DNA from: Calditrichia bacterium
GTDB lineage: Bacteria > Calditrichota > Calditrichia > RBG-13-44-9
DNA: 43,953 nucleotides
NCBI GenBank assembly: GCA_037381445.1
Contig: JARRQT010000020.1
Location: forward strand, 1 to 43,953
Direction: 5' to 3'
Every line of letters starts with the position of its first letter. Within the stretch, counting starts at the first letter, position 1. Shown here piece by piece: positions 37,184 to 43,953 of this stretch. Both the position numbers and the translations under genes were made by a program. The notes under the pieces were generated by a model. It was not told where the DNA came from, searched no databases, and saw only the letters and a program-made list of their open reading frames with translations.

Positions 37184-38230
37184 ATGGCGGAAAATAAAGT
37201 GAAGGCCGAACCGGAAGAGAAAATAATGCCAATCGGCGGACAGGCGGTGATTGAAGGCGTTATGATGCGTTCTCCGGAGAGGGTCGCCACTGCAGTCCGG
37301 CGGGCAAACGGCGAAGTGGTTCTGAAAGTTCAGGAGTATCAGTCATTGGCTCAGCGAAAAAAATGGCTGGATATCCCCATTATTCGCGGAGCCATTACCC
37401 TGGTAGAAGTGATGTTCCTGGGAATAAAGCATCTGAATTTTTCGGCCGATGTGGCCATGAAAGATGCTGAAGAAGTTGAAAAACAGCAGAAGGAGAAGGA
37501 AGGCAAAAAGCAAAAACAGAAAAAGAATAAAAAAGAAAAATCCGGGGGAATGAGCACGCTTTCCGCCATTACCACGGTAAGTTTTGCGCTTATCCTCGGC
37601 GTTGCCCTGTTTTTTGCTTTCCCGTTATTTGTGACCACCAAATTATTTAATATCGAAAAGGATGCTTTTGCTTTTAACCTGGTTGCCGGCTCCATCCGGA
37701 TTCTGCTTTTCCTCGGATATATTTATCTCATCTCACTGCTGAAGGATGTGAAACGGTTGTTCCGGTACCACGGGGCGGAACATAAAACGATTTACGCTTT
37801 TGAATCGGGGGAAAATCTGACCGTGAGTGCTGCACGGCCTTTTACCACACTGCATCCGCGCTGCGGAACAAGTTTTTTGGTGATGGTGATGCTGATCAGC
37901 CTCATCTTTTTCAGCTTTCTGGATTCTCTGATCCTGCTTTTTAATGGAAACATCACGCTGCTCATTCGTCTGGCCACCCATTTGCCACTGGTGCCGCTGG
38001 TTGGCGGAATTTCCTACGAGGCGATAAAAGCATCGGCCAAGCGGCCTGATCTAGGCATCGTAAAAGCCCTGATTTCTCCCGGATTATGGCTGCAGAAAAT
38101 TACTACCCAGGAACCGGATGATACCATGCTGGAGGTCGCCATCATTGCACTGAAAGCAGCCCGCGGGGAAGAATACGCCCATTTGATCAAAAAAACAGAG
38201 ACAACCGAGGCTGTCGGGCAGCCTGCTTAA
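37184..38230 (+). CDS. DUF1385 family membrane protein
   Basis: IGGQAVIEGVMMR, YHGAEHK, HPRCGTSF and PGLWLQKITT.EP; typical position between rpmE and prfA/prmC. Confidence 0.9.
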   Translation: MAENKVKAEPEEKIMPIGGQAVIEGVMMRSPERVATAVRRANGEVVLKVQEYQSLAQRKKWLDIPIIRGAITLVEVMFLGIKHLNFSADVAMKDAEEVEKQQKEKEGKKQKQKKNKKEKSGGMSTLSAITTVSFALILGVALFFAFPLFVTTKLFNIEKDAFAFNLVAGSIRILLFLGYIYLISLLKDVKRLFRYHGAEHKTIYAFESGENLTVSAARPFTTLHPRCGTSFLVMVMLISLIFFSFLDSLILLFNGNITLLIRLATHLPLVPLVGGISYEAIKASAKRPDLGIVKALISPGLWLQKITTQEPDDTMLEVAIIALKAARGEEYAHLIKKTETTEAVGQPA

Positions 38231-38258
38231 GTATTAACAATTTAAGTTCAGTATAAAT

Positions 38259-39335
38259 ATGCTAGAGAAATTAAAACAATTTTTGAGTCGCTTTGAGGAA
38301 GTAAGCGAAGAGATGGGGAAGCCCGAAGTGGTTTCCGACCATGAACAATATGCCAGGCTGGCAAAGGAATATTCGGACCTGGAGCCTATTGTCAAAAAGG
38401 GCAGGAAATACGAACAGGTGCTGTCGCAGATAGATCAGACCCAAAGACTGCTGCAGGATGAGAGCGACGAGGAGATGCGGGAACTGGCAAAAGAAGAGCT
38501 GAGCGATCTCGAAGAACAGGCGGAAAAGCTGGATAAAGAACTGCGCCTGCTGGTTGTCCCGCCCGATCCCAATGATGAAAAGAATGTGGTACTGGAAATC
38601 CGAGCCGGTACGGGTGGTGATGAAGCGGGAATCTTCGCCGGCGATCTGTACCGCATGTATCAGAAATACTGCGAAAATCAGGGCTGGAAGACGGAAATCC
38701 TGGAAGCCAATTACGCGGAGCGCGGCGGCTTTAAAGAGGTCATCGTTTCCATTACCGGCAAAAATGTGTACGCACGAATGAAATACGAAAGCGGCGTTCA
38801 CCGGGTGCAGCGCGTGCCCGATACGGAAACCCAGGGACGAATCCATACTTCGGCTGCTTCGGTGGCGGTGCTTCCGGAAGTTGAGGCGGTGGAAATTGAT
38901 ATCGATCCCGGTGATCTGCGCATCGACTACTACCGGGCGTCCGGGCATGGCGGGCAGCATGTGAATACCACCGATTCCGCCGTGCGCATCGTGCACGTGC
39001 CCACCGGTATCATGGCCACCTGCCAGGATGAGAAATCCCAGCATAAAAACAAGGCCAAGGCTATGAAAGTCTTGATGGCCCGCTTGTATGACGCTGAACT
39101 TCAGAAACACCAGGAACAGATCAGCAGCCAGCGGCGCTCCATGATCCGGACCGGCGACCGCAGTGAGAAAATCCGGACTTACAACTACCCCCAGGGAAGA
39201 GTGACCGACCACCGGATCAACCTCACCCTTTACCGGTTGAATGAGGTTCTGGAAGGGAATCTGGACCTGCTCATTGATGAACTGCAACTGGCCGATCAGG
39301 AAGAAAAGCTTAAGGTGGAAGCCGAAGGAGTTTAA
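38259..39335 (+). CDS. prfA: Peptide chain release factor 1
   Basis: EIRAGTGGDEA, ESGVHRVQRVP.T (PxT motif), GGQ and DRSEKIRTYNYPQ. Confidence 0.97.
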   Translation: MLEKLKQFLSRFEEVSEEMGKPEVVSDHEQYARLAKEYSDLEPIVKKGRKYEQVLSQIDQTQRLLQDESDEEMRELAKEELSDLEEQAEKLDKELRLLVVPPDPNDEKNVVLEIRAGTGGDEAGIFAGDLYRMYQKYCENQGWKTEILEANYAERGGFKEVIVSITGKNVYARMKYESGVHRVQRVPDTETQGRIHTSAASVAVLPEVEAVEIDIDPGDLRIDYYRASGHGGQHVNTTDSAVRIVHVPTGIMATCQDEKSQHKNKAKAMKVLMARLYDAELQKHQEQISSQRRSMIRTGDRSEKIRTYNYPQGRVTDHRINLTLYRLNEVLEGNLDLLIDELQLADQEEKLKVEAEGV

Positions 39336-39475
39336 AGAAGCAGGGACAGGAAGTGTCTCCGTATTTGCTCTGAAGGCATGCTGATCTTTCCGGATGGCCG
39401 CTCAGGTTTTTTCAAATTGATAAAAAGAATTTACGATTTTCTGGAACCGAATAAATCAGGACACCATCCTGCCCC

Positions 39476-40336
39476 ATGCAAGAACCCTGGACGATACAAA
39501 AGGTGCTGCAGTGGACCATTACGCGTTTCACGGAAAAGAATATTCCGGATCCCCGCCTGAGTGCGGAAATGCTGCTGGCCCATGCCCTGCACTGCAAGCG
39601 TATTGATTTGTATCTTCAATTCGAGCGTATTCTCACCTCCGCTGAACTGACCCGTTACCGGAATTTTATCAAACGCCGCCTGAAAAACGAACCGGTCCAG
39701 TACATTATCGGTGAACAGGACTTTATGGGACTCACCTTCAAGGTAACGCCTGATGTGCTGATACCGCGCCCGGAAACGGAATTGCTGGTGGAAAAAGTTC
39801 TGGAAGAGGCGGGATCCCGGGGCGCGGAAAATCCTGCGGTTCTGGACGTAGGAACGGGGAGCGGAGCCATCGCGATCAGCATCGCCCATCATTGCGGTCA
39901 CTGCCGGGTCACGGCCATTGATGACAGCGAGGCAGCCCTGCGGGTTGCCAGGGAGAACGCCGACCTGCTAAATGTCCAGGTGGAATTCATTCTGCAGGAT
40001 GCGCTGCTGATAAATCCGGAAGAATGGAGGAAGTTCGCACTGATCGCCGTCAATCCGCCCTACATCGCAGAGGAAGACCGGCCCGGCCTGCATCCGCAGG
40101 TGAGGGACTTTGAGCCTGCCCGCGCGCTGTTTGCCGGTCCCAGCGGACTGGATTTCTACCGCAGATTTATCCCGCTGCTCCCGCAACTTCTGGAAGAGAA
40201 CGGAGTTGCATTTATGGAAATCGGATATGATCAGCGGAATAAAATAAATGAATTATTAAAAAAAGAAAATTTTAAACAGGTTCAGTTTATCCGGGATTAC
40301 CGGCAGATTGAACGAATTGTGAAAGTCCAAAAATGA
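39476..40336 (+). CDS. prmC: Release factor glutamine methyltransferase
   Basis: EPVQYIIG, VLIPRPETE, LDVGTGSGAIA and NPPY; downstream of prfA. Confidence 0.95.
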   Translation: MQEPWTIQKVLQWTITRFTEKNIPDPRLSAEMLLAHALHCKRIDLYLQFERILTSAELTRYRNFIKRRLKNEPVQYIIGEQDFMGLTFKVTPDVLIPRPETELLVEKVLEEAGSRGAENPAVLDVGTGSGAIAISIAHHCGHCRVTAIDDSEAALRVARENADLLNVQVEFILQDALLINPEEWRKFALIAVNPPYIAEEDRPGLHPQVRDFEPARALFAGPSGLDFYRRFIPLLPQLLEENGVAFMEIGYDQRNKINELLKKENFKQVQFIRDYRQIERIVKVQK

Positions 40337-42465
40337 CCGGTAAGGATATGGATCAGATTAAAGAGGCAATCGAGCGTCTGCTCAGGAAAAAACCGGGAAA
40401 GGGATTTACACGAAAAGAAATTTCCCATGCCCTTAACATCCATAAAGATACCTTTCACCTTTTTCGGGAGGCACTGCAATCCATGATGAAGAAAGGGCAG
40501 ATCATTCGCCTCAAAGGCCGGCGGTATGCTTCGCCTTCGGTGCTGCACCGTACCCAGGGCCCCATTCAGCTTACCCGAAAGGGATTCGGATTCGTCACCG
40601 ATGAAAGGACCGGGGAGGAGATCTTCATCCCCGCCCAGCACCTCAATACCGCCTTTGACGGCGATCTGGTGGAAGTCCAGATTTTTGCCCACTCCAGGGG
40701 CAAAAGCAAGGAAGGACAGGTCCTTTCGATCGTCGAACGGGCCAACACCTCTTTTGTGGGCACGTATCACCGCAGCGAGTATTACGGATTTGTGGTGCCG
40801 GACAGTCCGCGGATGTACCGGGATTTTTATGTTCAGCCCCAGAATGAGCAGGATGCCCGCGACGGCCAAAAGGTGGTTGTGGAATTCCTGAAATGGGACA
40901 AAGCCACTCTAAATCCTGAGGGCCGTATTGTGGAAATTCTGGGATTCCCCGACGAGCCGGGGGTGGACGTGGTGAGTGTTGTGAAAGGATTCGGTCTGCC
41001 GATCCAGTTCCCGCAGCCTGTTGAAAAAGAGGCCCGGCAGATTCAACTAAATATTACCCCGCAAGTACTAGCTGGCCGTCTGGATCTGCGGGATCAAATG
41101 ATCTTCACCATCGATCCGGTGGATGCAAAGGATTTTGATGACGCTGTATCGCTCGCGGCGCTGGAAAACGGCAATTTCCGGCTGGGGGTTCATATCGCCG
41201 ATGTGAGCCATTTCGTGCCGGAAGGTTCAGGAATTGACAAGGAGGCTTTAAAGCGTGGGACCAGCGTCTACCTGGTAGACCGGGTGATTCCCATGCTTCC
41301 GGAGCATCTGTCCAATGAATTATGCAGTCTGCAGCCCCAAACACCCCGTCTTACCTATAGCTGTGTAATGGATATAGATAATAATGGGAATGTGGTCGAT
41401 TACCAGCTGAGTCCCTCGATCATTGAAAGCAAACGGCGCTTCAATTATGAAGAAGTGCAGGGTATTCTGGATGACGAGAACTCCCAAGACCCCTATGCTC
41501 CTGTCTTGCGGGAAATGCGTGATTTCAGCCGGAAGCTGCGGGATATTCGCATCAGTCACGGCAGTATCGATTTTGAGACGCCGGAAGTCCGCTTTATTCT
41601 TGACGAACAGGGAAAGCCGAAAGAAATCATTCCGGTAGAGCGGCTGCAGAGCCATGAGCTCATCGAGGAATTCATGCTGATGGCCAATAAAACGGTTGCG
41701 CGGCACATTAAAAAGATTGCCGGACAGAGAAAACCTTATCCCTTCATCTACCGGGTGCACGAGCGGCCGGATGCGGAGAAAATAGAGAAATTCGAGCGGT
41801 TTTTGAACGCCCTGGGTTTCCGGGTCAAGGTTCCTAAAAATGTAACGCCTTCTCAATTTCAGGAAATTGTGGACCGGGTCACCGGCAGCAAGGATGATGT
41901 GCTGATTAAGGAAGTGGCCCTGCGCACCATGATGAAAGCCAATTATTCCACCAAAAACATCGGGCATTTCGGGCTTGCGTTTCCCGATTACACACATTTT
42001 ACGTCACCCATCCGCCGCTATCCGGATTTGGGCGTCCACCGACTGTTGAAGGAATACAGCAATTCTGTCACGCAAAAGCGCCTCCGAGAGCTGAAACCGT
42101 ATCTGAAAAAAGTGGCGGACACCAGTTCAAACCGGGAGCGGGTGGCGCTGGATGCGGAGCGGGAAAGCGTTAAAATCAAGCAGGTGGAGTGGATTGCGGA
42201 TTATGTGGGAAAAGAATTCAATGGTTTGATTTCCGGCACAACTGCCTACGGCATTTTTGTTGAAATTATTCCGTATCTTATTGAAGGTTTTGTCCGGCTG
42301 GAAAATATGGAAGATGATTATTACATTTTTAATGAGAAGACCTATTCCCTGGTTGGCAAGGAATTCGGGAAAACCTACCGGCTCGGCGATGAGGTCAGAA
42401 TACGGGTTCAGCAGGTAAACCGCGAGACCAACCAGGTGGACTTTCTGATATTGAACGATGAGTAG
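40333..42465 (+). CDS. rnr: Ribonuclease R
   Basis: N-terminal HTH and cold-shock domains (KGFGFV), FTIDPVDAKDFDDA, LIEEFMLMAN, HFTSPIRRYPDL and a C-terminal S1 domain. Confidence 0.96.
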   Translation: MTGKDMDQIKEAIERLLRKKPGKGFTRKEISHALNIHKDTFHLFREALQSMMKKGQIIRLKGRRYASPSVLHRTQGPIQLTRKGFGFVTDERTGEEIFIPAQHLNTAFDGDLVEVQIFAHSRGKSKEGQVLSIVERANTSFVGTYHRSEYYGFVVPDSPRMYRDFYVQPQNEQDARDGQKVVVEFLKWDKATLNPEGRIVEILGFPDEPGVDVVSVVKGFGLPIQFPQPVEKEARQIQLNITPQVLAGRLDLRDQMIFTIDPVDAKDFDDAVSLAALENGNFRLGVHIADVSHFVPEGSGIDKEALKRGTSVYLVDRVIPMLPEHLSNELCSLQPQTPRLTYSCVMDIDNNGNVVDYQLSPSIIESKRRFNYEEVQGILDDENSQDPYAPVLREMRDFSRKLRDIRISHGSIDFETPEVRFILDEQGKPKEIIPVERLQSHELIEEFMLMANKTVARHIKKIAGQRKPYPFIYRVHERPDAEKIEKFERFLNALGFRVKVPKNVTPSQFQEIVDRVTGSKDDVLIKEVALRTMMKANYSTKNIGHFGLAFPDYTHFTSPIRRYPDLGVHRLLKEYSNSVTQKRLRELKPYLKKVADTSSNRERVALDAERESVKIKQVEWIADYVGKEFNGLISGTTAYGIFVEIIPYLIEGFVRLENMEDDYYIFNEKTYSLVGKEFGKTYRLGDEVRIRVQQVNRETNQVDFLILNDE

Positions 42466-42686
42466 CCGGATGGCTGCTGAAATAAGCTTCTGAAATAAAT
42501 TTTCATTTATCAGGAAAAATCTTTATATTAATATGGATTTTGATTTGTTCTGTTTTTCGGAATCCCTGTTCACGCAGGTACTGAAAATTAAGATGCGGTA
42601 ATCGATTCCTCTGTAAATAAAGTAATAATTAAATAATAGATCACCCGAGTTAACTTGAACAGCCATTTTATTCAAGAAAAACCATT

Positions 42687-43953
42687 ATGGCCGGTCAGCC
42701 CACTCTCTTAAGAATCGGATTCCAGAATTTTTATGATTCAATTATCGAATCATTCAATTTTAATGAATTTATTCTGGATGAAGAAGAAGTTTTCCATAAT
42801 ATCATCGCCCATTCCGAGTTCGATGAAGATACCCAGCTTTACCTGAGGATTATGATTTCTTCATGGAATGAATTCCTTGGGACGCTTTATTACAGCCGAA
42901 AATCTGAAGGATTGCTGAACCATTTGAATAACCATGTAAATTTTTTAAAAAGAATAAATATTCCGGAAAGAATCTACCATAAACAAATCTTTAAACAGAT
43001 CTGTGACCGTCTGTTCAATTTTATAACGGCAAATCATATATATATAGATTATTACGATGAAAATGATGAGCCATTTTTCCTCTATGAACTGAATCTGGGC
43101 CTGATCAGTGAGAAAGCCGATCTGACCGATCTGGTGCTTTACACTCTGGCAGCAAATTCACGGGAAATGAATGAAACCACCATCCACCATATCAAGATGA
43201 TGCTGCAGGAACTGCAGAAAAATGATCACAGCCAGGTTGGCCTGCACCTGAAGGAACTCAAGGCGATTCAGGAAACCTGCCTGACCCTGCTGCAGATGGA
43301 CGGCAGAAAACGCTCCGATTCACTGGTCAAGAAATTCCACCGGGAATTCGAAAATATCAATGCCTTCTATAATATTTTTTTAAACCTGCTGGAAGACAGC
43401 CGCTACCGCTCCTTTGAGAAAGATCATATTGAAATTGGTTTTTCATACCAGTATCTCTTCCTCAGTATTTTGCAGAGTCTCCGGCAATGGTATCAAACAG
43501 ATGATGAACAGTATCTGATCCGTGCGGCTGAATTAATACACCAGATAAAGACTCAAAATCCATTTAAACCCGATGATATCACCATGCTTAACTCGGTGGA
43601 GATTCTCTATCGGGTGTCCGCAGTATTTTGGTTTGTGAAAACGGACCGTCTTCACGAAATGATGAGAGTTTTTGGGGAAGATTTAAATGACAACCGCAGT
43701 CCCTGGTGGTATAAAAAAATAATTTTGCGGCTCATCGAGAGCTGGCTGGAAAATATCAGGCATCTCACTAAGCAGGTCGAAGATGCGCTCAATTTTGCAT
43801 TTTTATTGATGGTAGAAACCCATACCACCATCTATAAGAAGAAATTGTTTATCAATCTTTCCGCTATCACAAAATCTATGGCAATGGCCCAACTGATTTC
43901 GCCGTTCCTGGTCGTACGCTATTTGTCCGATCTCCGCCAGATCTGGGAAAAAC
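42687..43953 (+). CDS. Hypothetical protein, 3'-truncated by the window edge (>422 aa)
   Basis: By my manual translation the frame is open from ATG 42687 (MAGQPTLLRIGFQNFYDSII...) to the window end (...YLSDLRQIWEK). It is absent from the ORF track because it lacks a stop. Confidence 0.8.
   Translation, partial: MAGQPTLLRIGFQNFYDSIIESFNFNEFILDEEEVFHNIIAHSEFDEDTQLYLRIMISSWNEFLGTLYYSRKSEGLLNHLNNHVNFLKRINIPERIYHKQIFKQICDRLFNFITANHIYIDYYDENDEPFFLYELNLGLISEKADLTDLVLYTLAANSREMNETTIHHIKMMLQELQKNDHSQVGLHLKELKAIQETCLTLLQMDGRKRSDSLVKKFHREFENINAFYNIFLNLLEDSRYRSFEKDHIEIGFSYQYLFLSILQSLRQWYQTDDEQYLIRAAELIHQIKTQNPFKPDDITMLNSVEILYRVSAVFWFVKTDRLHEMMRVFGEDLNDNRSPWWYKKIILRLIESWLENIRHLTKQVEDALNFAFLLMVETHTTIYKKKLFINLSAITKSMAMAQLISPFLVVRYLSDLRQIWEK

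Noticed and set aside
37470..37545. A-rich low-complexity tract in the DUF1385 gene
   Set aside because: It encodes an in-frame Lys/Glu/Gln-rich loop; there is no long homopolymer suggesting phase variation.
38271..39287. 338-aa minus-strand ORF opposite prfA (similar shadows at 26509-27411, 13026-13832 and 16152-16823)
   Set aside because: Fully antisense to genuine genes and explained by codon bias.

Overview
A 44-kb bacterial chromosomal segment. The gene content (PorV/FadL-like barrels, a T9SS-like C-terminal sorting domain, a TonB-dependent receptor, and E. coli-type promoters and RBSs) suggests an FCB-related lineage such as Calditrichota; this is an inference. Most genes are housekeeping: lipid kinase-miaA-mutL, xerD, wcaJ/GT4, ppa, a stand-alone nuoI, addA, mtnA, an sppA-like gene, uppS, folC and rho-rpmE-DUF1385-prfA-prmC-rnr. 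The main candidate for an undescribed system is a four-gene minus-strand operon (23612-32532). It encodes (i) a ~1370-aa secreted protein with a lamin-tail-like domain, three ~334-aa (Ig-like + double OB-fold-like) repeats and a T9SS/FlgD-like CTD but no recognisable nuclease domain, (ii) a PorV-like barrel, (iii) an outer-membrane barrel fused to two ComEA-type helix-hairpin-helix modules, and (iv) a FadL-like barrel. Together these suggest a putative surface nucleic-acid capture/import system. Also notable are an exported MEMO1/AmmeMemo-B-like protein, a beta-barrel-SppA fusion, a recurring TTGnnn-N17-TAAATT promoter, and an uncalled ORF running off the right end. Four genes (lipid kinase, sppA, the FadL-like barrel, rho) carry abrupt indels or deletions that are most likely assembly artefacts. 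I saw no rRNA, tRNA, CRISPR array or IS element.
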